This document shows positions 1 through 12,032 of a stretch of 64,000 nt of DNA, in pieces. A program made the position numbers and the translations under genes. The number at the start of each line of letters is the position of its first letter. Within the stretch, counting starts at the first letter, position 1. The stretch comes from Hormiphora californensis (lineage: Eukaryota > Animalia > Ctenophora): contig CM035361.1 of assembly GCA_020137815.1 (NCBI GenBank), forward strand, positions 5,580,001 through 5,644,000. The letters are read 5' to 3'. Under the pieces are notes generated by a model. The model was not told the origin of the DNA and searched no databases. It saw only the letters and a program-made list of their open reading frames with translations.

Positions 1-98
1 TCCTTCCGGCTGGACTAATGAGTAGACGTGGTTTTTATTGTAGAATAACGCAATTCTACAATAAAAACCACGTCTACTCATTTGTCCAGCCGGAAGGA
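1..98. repeat. Near-perfect hairpin/palindrome (46-bp arms, 6-nt loop); probably the centre of a foldback element continuing left of the window
   Basis: tccttccggctggactaatgagtagacgtggtttttattgtagaat / attctacaataaaaaccacgtctactcatttgtccagccggaagga. Confidence 0.8.
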
Positions 99-163
99 GA
101 AAACAAAACTTCCTCACTGATATGCGGCTAATAAACAATCAATCGATCCTTATTCTCCATTTT

Positions 164-640
164 ATGCATATTCTAAATATTTCCAGTTCGGCTGGTCCTA
201 GAACGTTTTCATGGACATATTTCGACGCAAAATAGTCGATTTATGGGGGGTCTTACTCGGGACAAAAATCTCCATCTCGCACCGTTAGGCCGTTATTTGC
301 ATATTTATGCACCGATTCATGATTTAATGCATATTCTGAATATTTCCACTTCAGCTGGTCCTAGAACGTTTTCATGGACATATTTCGACGCAAAATAGTC
401 GATTTATGGGGGGTCGTCCCCGGGACAAAAAGTCGTATCTCGCACCGTTTAGCCGTTATTTTCATATTTATGCACGGATTTATGATTTAATGCATATTCT
501 GAATATTTCCACTTCAGCTGGTCCTAGAACGTTTTCATGGACATATTCCGGCGCAGAATAGTCGATTTATGGGGGTTGTCCACCTGACAAAAAGTCGTAT
601 CTCTCACCGTTCAGTCGTTATTCGCATATTTATGAATTAT
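164..640. repeat. Tandem repeat, about 163-bp unit x3; a related unit recurs at about 51430-51510
   Basis: atgcatattct..gctggtcctagaacgttttcatggacatatt..gtcgatttatggggg starts at about 164, 327 and 490. Confidence 0.85.
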
Positions 641-718
641 TCAAATCCGAAAATATGCAGAAATCAGAAAAAATTCCGAAAAAATAGCTTTTTCTATTTT
701 ACACCAAAAAGAACAGAA

Positions 719-974
719 ATTTAGTCCAAAAACCAATTAAATAAATTAGTTTGGATGCCCGGGCCCATGTGGTGTCACGGGGGTAACACCTTTACTCTTT
801 AGGCTATAACTGTCATAAATGATGGTTATCGAGAGAGATAAAGGCAAAGGAAATGAGGATAGAAAGGGTGAGATATAATCAAAGACGGAGAGATAAATAA
901 GAGGAGAGAGAAAAAAGAGAGATATAGTGAAAGAAACAGTGAGAGAGAAAGAAAGAGAGAGAGAGACAGAAATA

Positions 975-1019
<45 letters not shown>

Positions 1020-1209
1020 TGAGAGAGAGAGAGAGGGAGAGAGAGAGAGAGAGAGAGAGATAGATAAAGATAGACAGATTGAAGGATAACAATTAACAAT
1101 TAACGAGATATGCCGTTAATTATGGCAGTAGTCTAAAGGTGTTACCCCCGTGACACCACATGGGCCCGGGCATCCAAACTAATTTATTTAATTGGTTTTT
1201 GGACTAAAT
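719..1209. mobile_element. Inverted-repeat element: 76-bp arms (719-794, 1134-1209) around an (AG)n-rich spacer
   Basis: The arms are exact reverse complements (atttagtccaaaaaccaat...gggtaacaccttta). Confidence 0.7.
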
Positions 1210-1780
1210 ATGTGAATATGTGATGTTAATTGACGAACCTGCGGTAAGAACAGCTGTTCCACACAATGCAGCTGTAAAGAGAAGGAGGCGTATCATTTCA
1301 ACACACATATCACTGCATAATTGAGGGTGTAAACTGTTAGCTTTTACAGTGTTGAGTTAATCTCTAGTATGTAATATAATATGTTACAGTCTATACCTTA
1401 TTACTAAAAAATAAGGCAACCTAAAACTAACGAGGGTAAAGCTTTATAACAAATTATAGCCATAACAAAACAACATTATTTTATGTTAATTTTAGGTACG
1501 TTAAATTTAGGTAGCCTTTAGGCAATAAGGTAAGCTGCAGTAGCTGTATAAAAATAGAAATAGAAAACAAAGCTGTATATTATTGCATTTCCGGTTCAAC
1601 CGTATTTGGGCTGAAACTCCAGATATCAGTAGATAATTACCCAATAAATAACAGAAGAAATGATTCATAGCGATTCATTTCGACTCAGCAACCCCTAAGT
1701 ATATAACTGTCCGTTCATGACCCTGATATCCTCTTAAGAGAGTCTCAATTTTCCAGGTTAATCTAATTAAAGTCCAGGTA

Positions 1781-1864
1781 CAGTCGGACCCCGATATACC
1801 GGAACCCCGATTTACCGGGCAAAATCATTTCCCTCGAGGATCCCGGTAAATCGGGGTCCGACTG
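1781..1864. mobile_element. 84-bp Tc1/mariner(pogo)-type MITE, family CAGTCGGACCCCGAT
   Basis: TIR cagtcggaccccgat...atcggggtccgactg with TA on both sides. Confidence 0.9.
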
Positions 1865-2321
1865 TAAAGGTCACTATATGTGATCGTGAAAAAGCAAGGT
1901 ATGTAATAACTAATAAGGTATTGTCTATTGCCTCGCCAAGGGAGCGGAGAGCGTATTCCCCCTTCCAACTCTGTTGAGAGAATTTCGAATCAATTCCACC
2001 TCCTTTTTTTAGTATCCCTTTGTATTGCGATGTCATTATACAGCAGAGGAAATCAAATGAAACAAAAAATGCAATGTGCAGAAAAAGATAAATATACGGT
2101 TTTACGACATCATGATCAGTGCATAAATTAATTTTTGCATTCGAATGCAGTAATTAAAATTTTATTGATTATTATATAAACACAGGTTTATTGATTATAA
2201 ATATAACGATAAACCAGGGTTTATTGATTATAAAGGAAAAGCTAAATATATGATAGTTTATTTTGGAATCAAGACAAGGACAGAGCGAGAGATTTAGTTG
2301 GTGTACTAGGCAGTACTGGGC

Positions 2322-3779
2322 GGCAATTTCTGATTTGCCGCATACGGCGTCTAGACGGCGTCGCAACGCCGTCTAGACGGCGTCTAGACGGTATACCGTC
2401 TGGACGGGTTTCGGTGAAATTAGCTAAAAACGGTACCGAAATTGCTTGAGACGGGTTATAGACGGTATCAGACGGTCTCTAGACGGGTTATAGACGGTAT
2501 CAGACGGTGTTGCGACGGTATCAGACGGTCTCTAGACGGTGTCTAGACGGTACCGTCCCGGCGTCTGGACGGCGTCTGGACGGTGTCTAGACGGTATCCG
2601 TCCGAAGTTGAGACGGCACGTCTGAAAATTGTACCAGACGTTGAGACGGACTTTTAGAACTCCGTCTGTATTTCAGACGGAGTTTTAAAAGTACGTCTCA
2701 ACGCAGTCTAAAGGAAAATCGATGAAAGTACCGTCTAGACAACGTCTCAACTGAAACCGGTCAACATACCGTCTAAACAACGTCTAGACAACGTCTAAAC
2801 AAAATCTCGCGATTCAGTTTCAAATACCGTCTAGACAACTTCTCCAGCAATTTCGATACGAATACCGTCTAAACAACGTCTAGACAACGTCTTAAGCGAA
2901 TCCGATACAGATACCGTCTAAACAACGTCTCATAACCGACACTATCTATCACTGATAGTATCAGCTATAGACAGTATCTCACAGTTGTATTACAACGCGA
3001 TAGCTGGATGTAAGAGTGAATGTGGAGATACCAAAACAGTTTGGTTGAATGTAAGAAGTTGGGTACGAAAATTACCGGGGAGGATAACCCCTTTCCCGTC
3101 CCCGAGCATCGCGGTACAACTGTGCTGGTTAAACACATGTGTAATTTTCATTCAATAGGCACACATCTACCACTAATTCCAACTGGCATGGGTAATCCAG
3201 AATGGTCTTCGAAAACGGTCGAGTCTAGACATCATTATTTGAGACGTTGTCTAGACGTTGTTTAGACGGTATTCGTATCGAAATTGCTGGAGAAGTTGTC
3301 TAGACGGTATTTGAAACTGAATCGCGAGATTCTGTTTAGACGTTGTCTAGACGTTGTTTAGACGGTATGTTGACCGGTTTCAGTAGAGACGTTGTCTAGA
3401 CGGTACTTTCATCGATTTTCCTTTAGACTGCGTTGAGACGTACTTTTAAAACTCCGTCTGAAATACAGACGGAGTTCTAAAAGTCCGTCTCAACGTCTGG
3501 TACAATTTTCAGACGTGCCGTCTCAACTTCGGACGGATACCGTCTAGACACCGTCCAGACGCCGTCCAGACGCCGGGACGGTACCGTCTAAACACCGTCT
3601 AGAGACCGTCTGATACCGTCGCAACACCGTCTGATACCGTCTATAACCCGTCTAGAGACCGTCTGATACCGTCTATAACCCGTCTCAAGCAATTTCGGTA
3701 CCGTTTTTAGCTGATTTCACCGAAACCCGTCCAGACGGTATACCGTCTAGACGCCGTATGCGGCAAATCAGAAATTGCC
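2322..3779. mobile_element. Foldback/Mutator-like non-autonomous element: about 550-bp modular inverted arms, about 350-bp loop
   Basis: Termini ggcaatttctgatttgccg...cggcaaatcagaaattgcc; 9-bp TSD gtactgggc (2313-2321, 3780-3788); arms built from about 11-bp gtctagacgg-type units. Confidence 0.9.
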
Positions 3780-5989
3780 GTACTGGGCATTGCGAACCAT
3801 TGCTATAACGTGTCAGCCAATGGCGTGCTAGAAAAATACCGCGTGTTCCTCACGTGATAGCTTTTCAGCCAATAGGAGAAGGGAACGATCAGTACTGCAG
3901 AACTTGGCTCCATTGCAACCTATTCTCGCTCCGCGAAGAATAGGCTCCCGGCCTGTGGACAGCAAGAACTCACGTGCGCGCGATGTAAAGCACGTTTTCA
4001 GCAGTGGGACTATCAAATCGCGCGCGATATACTGTTTTAGCAGGCATTTTTAGCCGACATAGCACTACCAAAACCCCAATTACCGCCTCAATTGGCACTT
4101 TGATGTATCGGCGGGTATTTTCCCATACTCACAAGGCCATGACGATTCACCCAGTACCCGCAGATTGTCCCAGGACCGAGTAGGAGCTTGCAGCCAGGTC
4201 TTTAAAGAATTGCTCATGTTTAGCGTCAATTTTGACCCACTATTCCTCAAATGCTGATATTCGCGGGTATTTTCCGTAAAACTAGAGACAATTATCTGCC
4301 AGGAGCAACAAACGAGAAGCAAATCGGTTCAGTAGTTCCTTGCAGCCAGGTCTTTGAAAAAGTTTGCTCTAAAATCAATAACGCGCCGGAGGCCTAGATG
4401 TGAGATCGATCTCGGTCGCCGCGCGACCTCGATCTCACTCAGGCATCAATGTGGCCAACTGCAGAACAGAGTCTAGCTCAAAGAGAGGATTTGAAGAAAG
4501 GGAGAGCAGACTGATTCAGCAGTAGAGATAGAAAGAGAGAGAGAGAGAGAGAGAAAGAGAGGGAGAGTGAGAGAGATAGAGAGATAGAAAGATCAGAGAG
4601 CTAATGGGACTCAGCTGATTTTGCTAAGTTTGGGGAATCGGGAGAGAGCAGTGGTTATTTTAGAGATGGATGTAGAGAAATGAAAAAAAAATAAAAGACT
4701 GCTCCAGTTACTCAAATGATTGAAAAAATGCATTTGCAGTATAACAACCATGCGACCCCAAAGACCCTGGTAAAACCGGCGCGCAACCAAGCCCAGTTTC
4801 TGTTTGTTGGGGACCTTTGTAAAAAGTCAAAAAAGGATTTTTTTTCTAATAATAAATTTATTTTTCACCCCCAAGGGGTTTTTAAAATATACCCCCTTTT
4901 AATAAAATTTATGTTTCAATACCTTGTTTGATAAATTTAAATGTAATTAAAAACTTTATTTTATATCAATGGGTTTTTATAAAAAAAAACCCCCTGGGTT
5001 GGATCAAAGAAGTCCCCAAAGTTAAAAATTTCAAAAAAAAGGGAGGATTTTTCAATCCTTCCCCCGTGGCCCCATTGTTTTTTCCCCCCTGAACAAAACC
5101 CGGGGGGGTTTTAATTCCCGGTGAATTTTTAAAATTCGGGTTATTTTTAAAAAACCCCCGGTTTTTTTATTTTTTTTAAAACTCGGGTTTATTAATTAAA
5201 AACCCGGCTGTTATGATCATACATCGGTTATTTATGAACCGCTTATTAGCTCACTCGCTAAACGGCTGTCTTGGACAGAAAACCCGTGGCGATGTAGGTT
5301 TTACAGGGTCAAACCGGGTTCTATTTAAGGATTTTGCGCGAGGCAACATCCCAATAATCCGCCTTTATATTGGCACTTATACGGCGGATTCAACCCAGCA
5401 TGCGATTACCAGTCCTGGTGTGTCCAGGACGTAAGATTGCAGCCGGAAAGAAGCTCATTGCGCTATACCATTCCTTGCATTGCGTGCTAGAAAAATGCGT
5501 GTTCTCACGTGCAGCTTTCAGCCAATGGAAGCAAAGTCAGTATCCTGCAGAAGAGATAATTTCAGCAAGAATAGAAGGAGAGCGAGAGAGAAGAGGGGAA
5601 AGGGAGAGGGAGCGGAGCTACGAGGGGATAGAGAGACTAAGAGAGATAGCTAGAGAGAGGATTAGAAGGAGAGAGATATACAATAGAGTATAGAAGAGGA
5701 AGAAAAAAGAGGGAGAGAGATAGATAGATAGAAGGAGAGAGCGCTAATGGGACTCAGCTGACTTTGCTAAGTTTGGGGAATCGGGAGAGAGCAGTGGTTA
5801 TTTTAGAGATGGATGTAGAGAAATGAAAATAGAAAAGACTGCTCCAGTTACTCAAATGATTGGAAAAAATGACAGTGCAGTATAACACCACATGGAACCA
5901 TAACGACCTGGTAAATACGGCGCGGAACGGCAAGCCTGCAGGTTTACTTGTGGTTGACCGTGTAAAAGGTCCAAATAATAAGGCATAGA

Positions 5990-6620
5990 TCAGGGTTTAT
6001 TGATTATATAAACCCGGGTTTATTTAGTATACAAACCCGGGTTTATCTAATAGATAATATTTACTACGCAGGGTGGTTCAGAAATATGGAGCCACTTTGA
6101 GATAACTTATGTTTAAATACAGCTCGCTCTCCGATGTACAGTGTAATTAAAAAAACAAATTTATTTTCACAGTCTCTCGAGTCTTGACTAGAAAAAGTCT
6201 CCCCAGAGGCTTGCTATCGGTAGAGAGTCACACATATATGTCCTAAAAATTATCAGCCTGTCAACTGATGTACTATAAAAAGAGGATTGTATTTTTCTAA
6301 CTCCTATCCCCAAGTGGCTCCAATGTTTCTGAACCACCCTGTACAAACTCGGGTTTACTGATTATATAAACCCGGCTGTTTATCGATTATATAAACCCAG
6401 CTGTTTATTAATTATATAAACTCGGGTTTACTGATTATATAAACCCAGCTGTTTATTGATTATATAAACCCAGCTGTTTATTGATTATATAAACTCGGCT
6501 GTTTATTGATTATATAAACTCGGGTTTATTAATTATATAAACCCGGGTTTATTAATTATGTAAACCCGGCTGTTTATTGGTTATATAAACCCGGCTGTTT
6601 ATTGATTATATAAACTCGGG
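5990..6620. repeat. Minisatellite, 22-25-bp unit (tttattgattatataaacccgg), interrupted by a MITE
   Basis: More than 10 visible units; the same unit occurs at about 2162-2235 and 5180-5240. Confidence 0.85.
6069..6341. mobile_element. Tc1/mariner-type MITE
   Basis: TIR cagggtggttcagaaa.at.ggagccactt / aagtggctccaatgtttctgaaccaccctg; TA present on the right, degenerate on the left. Confidence 0.75.
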
Positions 6621-9008
6621 ATACATCTAATTATAAAGGGTAAATCGCTAAGAAAATATATTGATGGTTCACGGAACAGCGACAATGGGAGAATGAATAT
6701 ACTGCAGAATAGCATGGTTTTTCTGATGGAATCCAGTACGACTGGGCATTGCGAGAAAAACCATCGCTATAACGTGTCAGCCAATGGCGTGCTAGAAAAT
6801 ACTGCGGTTCCTCAGTGAAAAAAGACTTTTCAGCCAAATGGGAGAAGCAGACGATCAGTACTCAGAAGAGTTAGCTAAGAAGATTAGGGGAGCAATAATC
6901 GATAGGCATTGGGGGATTGAAAGGGGAGAGTAGAGCGGTAAGAGAGAGTAGAAGGAGAATGAAACGCAGGTATAAAATGGAAAAAGGAGATACCCAGGAA
7001 CATACCCTTAATACTTGTTGAGTGGGAATCGCGGGCAGCCCTTTCTTTTCTCTTGTCCTAATTCCAAAAGCTGATCGGGGTTTTTAAATTAAACGTTATT
7101 TTTTCCCCTGGTTATCTATTATAGCATGGGTAGAAAAATGGAGACTATTTATTTTATAACTGTTCGTAATTACATGTAATTTATTTCAAGACGACTGATG
7201 AAGTTCAGGCAGAAGTGAGTCACAATATGCTAAAATTAAGTGTATGATGCAATCTAGTTGATGTATTTCCCCAGAGGGGTATTTTTTACCTGAAACTCGG
7301 GTTATGTATCATAACCCCTGTTACGATAATCGAGGGTTATAGTTATTGTAGATTAATTAACGAGTGACATAATAAGCTTTATTGTGGTAATGGTATTATA
7401 TTAAATCTGGGTTTACAATTGAACCCAGGTTTTATAGTAACGGTTTTTATTGGTTAAAACGGTATGATTAATGGTAATTTATTAAGGAGTTTTGAGTAAT
7501 GCTTAATGATGTTGGGACGACAAAACGATGCGATATGTACTGCTGCAGTTACTTCCTTTTGATGCAACCCATACTACTACCGAGAAAAATGCTATTCAGA
7601 AGCTGGACAAACTCTGTTTTGTGATTTAAAGGAAAGGCAACTACAGACTTCAGAAATTGTAAGAGAATTTTGAACAATTATACGTAAGTAGGGGGAAAGG
7701 GGAAAAAAGGGGAAAAGGGGGAAAAAAGAAAGAGAAAAGGGGGAAAGGGGAAGGAAAAAAAGAAGAGGAAAAAGGGGGGGAAAAAAAAAGGGGAAAGGGG
7801 TAATTCCTATTTTTAACGGGAAGGACCATTTTAAGCATGGGGGTTTTCTTGCCCCCCTTTTTCCCCAAAAAAAAAAAAACTTCCCGGAATTTAGGTTTGT
7901 TACATTTTAGGGGGTTTTTTAAACCCTTTCAAAAATGCTTATAGTTGGAAAGACTTTTAGGGATAATTGTAGGGGGGACAACCCCTTGGGGGTTTCCTCA
8001 ATTCCCTAGTAATAGACAGAGCGAGAGCGAAATGCGAATGTGTCGCATCTGCATGGTTTTCACCATACTACTCTTCGAAAAATCGTCTAACGTTCAGCCA
8101 ATGGGGCTAGAAATACTGCTGTTTCCAGACGCTTCAGCCAATGGAAGCAAGATAGTAGAGAACAGAGTCTGAGTAGAAGCTAAGGAGGATGATTGCAGGA
8201 GGGAGAGCAACTGAGTCAGTCAGTAGAGACTAGAAGAGGAGGAGAGGAAGGAGAGAGAGAGAGATGAGAGAGAGCGAGGAGAAGTAGAGAGATGAGAGAG
8301 GAGAGGAGGAGAGGATGAGGAAGAGATAGGGATAGGAGGAGAGAGAGCTAATGGGACTCAGCTGAGTTTGGGAATCGGGAGAGAGGACCGTTTATTGTAG
8401 AGACATGGATGTAGAGAACTGAAAAATAGACTGGCCCAGTTATTCCCGAAAATTTAAATTCAAACATTTCTCCTGGAGAAATTCTCCATGGTTAACGAAC
8501 TGACATTTCTATGACGTTTATTTGAGCCAGCAAGTTATCAACAATATAGCTAATAGTAATGTATATGCAATACTATTATAGGTACTACCCGCAATAGTAG
8601 GGGTGACTTTGTAACCAAATCTCGGGTTCATGTCACGGTCATATACCACTGAGACATGAGATCTCAGGGTTCAGTGACGGCTATTCCCTGAGATCACAGG
8701 AAACTGTTCAGGGAATAGCCCCCGACAATTAATAATTATAATAGGGGTAGTGCAGGTATTATATTAACATCTAATCGGCAGGTTGAACACAAACTTGACT
8801 CCCGCATGATTTTGTGTTCTAAATTGTAGTATGATATCTGGATGTTAACATGTTAAGGACTTACCAAATATAACTGAGGGAATGGGGGGAATGGGGTAGG
8901 GGTAAGTGTCATATATATATTAGGAGAGTGCATGTTATTGTCATTGTCAATACTGTCATGTGATAGTTGTCAATATAGACTGTGTCACGTGATAGTTGTC
9001 ATGGTTAC

Positions 9009-11920
9009 CTCCTATTTGTGTAAAACTCTCCTTCCACTCTCCCCCATAGTAACACAGATAGTTGCATTCAGCAGGAAAAGACCGGTTACCTGATCCCTTC
9101 TGACATGGTTGGGTAAAGGAATAACCGGGACTAACGGGAGTTGTGATCGGGGTGGAACTAGGATTACTGTCAGCAGAGCAACCTGTGAGGAGATATCAGA
9201 TATTATCATGAACCGACCGAACCAGGTACAGTCGGACCCCGATTTAGTGGCATCCTCGGGGGAAAAAAATCCTGCCACTAAATCGGGGTGCCACTAAATC
9301 GGGGAGATCCATATTTGGCCCATAAAAACCTATTTTATGCCAAAAATGCTATACTAAGACTAAAAACACCTCTATCTGTTATATGCAATATTCATGTATT
9401 GATGACATGATCATTTCTGATTAGAAATAGAAACTTGAAAATAATTTTTTCAAAAAAAATGTGAAAAATTTTCTAAGTTATACCAGCCTGTCCGATTTGT
9501 GTTTCGAATCGGTGCAGCTTACTGGATGTCCTGTCTAATTAGCAGGTTCGAAACGAACCGATACGTGATACCATGCCGAATCGGGACACCCTAAGCGGGT
9601 GAGGAAGTATCTAAATTTCAAAATAACTTTTTCTCTCAAAATTTATGGGGAGCACCGATCAAAGCATTGACAATCGTACTGTAAAATTTTGCAAAAAAAA
9701 GTCTTAAATTTTTTTAAAAAGTATACCAGCCACGTCCAAATCGTGTTTCGAATCGGTGCATCTTATCGCATGTCCTGCTGCTAATTAGACGGTTCGGAAC
9801 GTGATCCCCATCGAATCGAAATCTTGACTCTTGGTGACCTTGTGATTCAATGGCCCCATGGGGATCACGTATCGGTTCGTTCCGAACCGTCTAATTAGCA
9901 GTAGGACATGCGATAAGATGCACCGATTCGAAACACGATTTGGACGTGGCTGGTATTCCTTTGAAAAATTTCAAAAAATTTCAAAAAATTTCACAAAAAA
10001 ATTCAAAAAATTTTTGGGGGAAAAAAATCGTGCCACTAAATCGGGGTGCCACTAAATCGGGGGTCACTAAATCGGGGTCCGACTGTAATACTGGTCCCTG
10101 ATTGGCTGATGACCAATCACGTGACCTAAATAACGAGTTCTGATTGGTTGTTTACTTGTGTCTGTCGGTTCCTTTATCAGATATTATTATCGGATATATG
10201 GACCGGAAATAAGTAGGTTTATCAATATCAATTAACATTAATTTATTGATGCAATCAATTAATTATTATCACATATTACCTTTTCTATGTCCCACAATAC
10301 TTTTTATCATTATTTTATCAGCCACATCACCGCGTAGTGCAGTGTTACACTCACCAGCCATAAGATTGATCACAACTAACTGCACTCCGTCACAGTACAC
10401 CTATATAATAGGGAATAAATGAGTTGTCAGAGTTTTTATTATTCTCTCTGGGCTGTACAAATGAATCAGACTGGGATTTATTATCGCAACAAGGATCTAC
10501 CTCTTCATCAGGCTCAAATTAATTTGTTTAAAGTAGTGTTGAAAAGTTTAAAACTGTCTACGAATAAATGAGTTATTGTAAATTTTACACCTATATGGAA
10601 TAGTAATTGTAACTCTTGGATGTGTTACTGGCCTAGTGTTATAACTTAATTAATTGTAATATTGTGTATCCCCTTCCAATTCTTATAACTCAAGAAACAA
10701 TTCAATAGTATGATAAAGTAGATATACATAATTATGCATAATTGAAGAATTTCATTATTTTTTACTAACCTCAATCGTTGTATTAGTTTTTGCAATCATC
10801 CACACCCTCTTTTCAGCGTTTTCGGTGGGAGGTTGGCTTGGGAACGCCACATCAGCCCCCGTGCCAGTGCAGTTTTGCAGGGAATATGCGGAGGCTGCAG
10901 TTTCTCTGGGCCAGACATACAAGGTGCCTAGAATGCCGTATGCCGCGGTGAACATGTTGAATGTGATAGGATTCTGGAGGTATGTAGTTGAGAAAGTGAA
11001 TTGGACAGGAAACTTTTCTAAGTCCCAGAAATCCACTGGACTGATATCTCCAGCAGTCAAATCTGATGAGGGAAGAGGAGTTTATCTATTTGGAGAGAAC
11101 TTATAATTTCTTTAACTTATCTCAGTACTATCAATAAGTTGACCAATCGGCTGTTTTTGAGTCGCATAGTTCTGATACAACATGTCTCAGCTTATATGTA
11201 TGTACATACAAACTTTCAAAGTTCCAATGGTTTGTTTCAAACCTTACCTCCAATAGTAGCCAAGTAAAAATCAGTAGCAGTGTCAGTGTTAAGAAACTGT
11301 ACTTGATCTATAACCTTATTCAAATATCCCACCTCACAACTCGAACCCTCAAACTCCAACTCAAATACGACCTTGCCAGCGCATTTGATATAAAAGTGAG
11401 TGGTGTTCATGTGAAACGCCCACTCTACCTCCGGATCTTGAGAAATGATATCTCTTACACCAGGGAGCTCATCCCCATTTTGACTGGTACAATCAACCAG
11501 AGTCAGTCTGAACTGATCTGTGTTGGAAAACTGGACGGTCACTGTGGAGAGTTGCTGGCCGCTGTGAAATATTTTGAACTTTATGACGTCATGACTGGAT
11601 GGGAGCGAGTTGGTTCGGATCGTTAGTCCGTCTGTTGCTAGATATCGTAGGATCTTCGAGGAAGTGTCAATTTCCTTCCAGAATTCGGCTGAAAGAGGTG
11701 AAATGTTTCTCATAGAAATGAACTAATTAATCAATAAGATAATTATCAGCCAATTAATTAACTATCTAAAAATCGAGTAACACATTATTTGAGCTGTGTT
11801 ATTTAAAACATAATTAAAATTTAAAACATTACAAATCGATTGATAGAACTAACTTGGTTTGAGAGATGTGATCAGTTCTGGTTGGAATATCAGGACAAAG
11901 GCAACTACCAGCCGGATCAT
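9009..11920 (-). CDS. Spliced secreted/extracellular protein: signal peptide, two tandem Cys/Trp beta-rich modules, then a possible CCP/sushi-like exon (3' end unresolved)
   Basis: Exons 11920-11854 (MIRLVVAFVLIFQPELITSLKP), 11688-11248, 11062-10770, 10400-10280 (VYCDGVQLVVINLMAGECNT..), 9182-9009. All introns GT-AG with phases 1,1,0,1 and no internal stops. The modules share L..C, W.[FI]..[NT]TT...I.C.G..V and a later C. Confidence 0.75.
9207..10174. mobile_element. CAGGAACCGACCGA-family MITE (about 109 bp), interrupted by a long pogo-type MITE
   Basis: Halves 9207-9228 and 10086-10174 rejoin to the family consensus; 13-bp flanking direct repeat tatcagatattat. Confidence 0.8.
9229..10085. 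mobile_element. 857-bp Tc1/mariner(pogo)-type non-autonomous element, intronic and nested
   Basis: TIR cagtcggaccccgattta, TA TSD, subterminal actaaatcgggg repeats, internal inverted repeat. Confidence 0.9.
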
Positions 11921-11933
11921 AATGTGGCCGTGT

Positions 11934-12032
11934 CCGACACAAGTAAACAACCAATCAGAACTCGTTATTTAGGTCACGTGACTGGTTATCAGCCAATCAG
12001 GGACCAGTATTTCCTGATTCGGTAGGTTCCTG
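11934..12032. mobile_element. CAGGAACCGACCGA-family MITE (left TIR truncated)
   Basis: Matches the copies at 19366, 23957, 37288 and 60322. Confidence 0.85.

Larger units (their letters stand above)
3781..8450. repeat. Degenerate, noisy tandem/segmental repeat (3-4 partial copies)
   Basis: ctaatgggactcagctga..gggaatcgggagaga at about 4601, 5744 and 8349; agccaatgg..gctagaaa blocks recur; homopolymer-rich noise lies between them. Confidence 0.65.

Noticed and set aside
746-1099. SLSLSL/ERERER ORFs here and at 23.0-23.4, 26.5-27.0, 33.7-34.0, 39.3-39.6, 42.3-42.9 and 46.2-46.6 kb
   Set aside because: Translations of (AG/CT)n microsatellites
2350-2930. Repeat array as a CRISPR locus
   Set aside because: No unique spacers or cas genes; the units are internal to a foldback arm in a eukaryotic context
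4780-5200. Homopolymer-rich tracts here and at 7690-8000 and 43050-43900
   Set aside because: They look like low-quality read sequence; ORFs in them are not credible
8865-8873. Possible 9-nt micro-exon of the secreted gene
   Set aside because: Splice signals fit, but no convincing downstream exon was found
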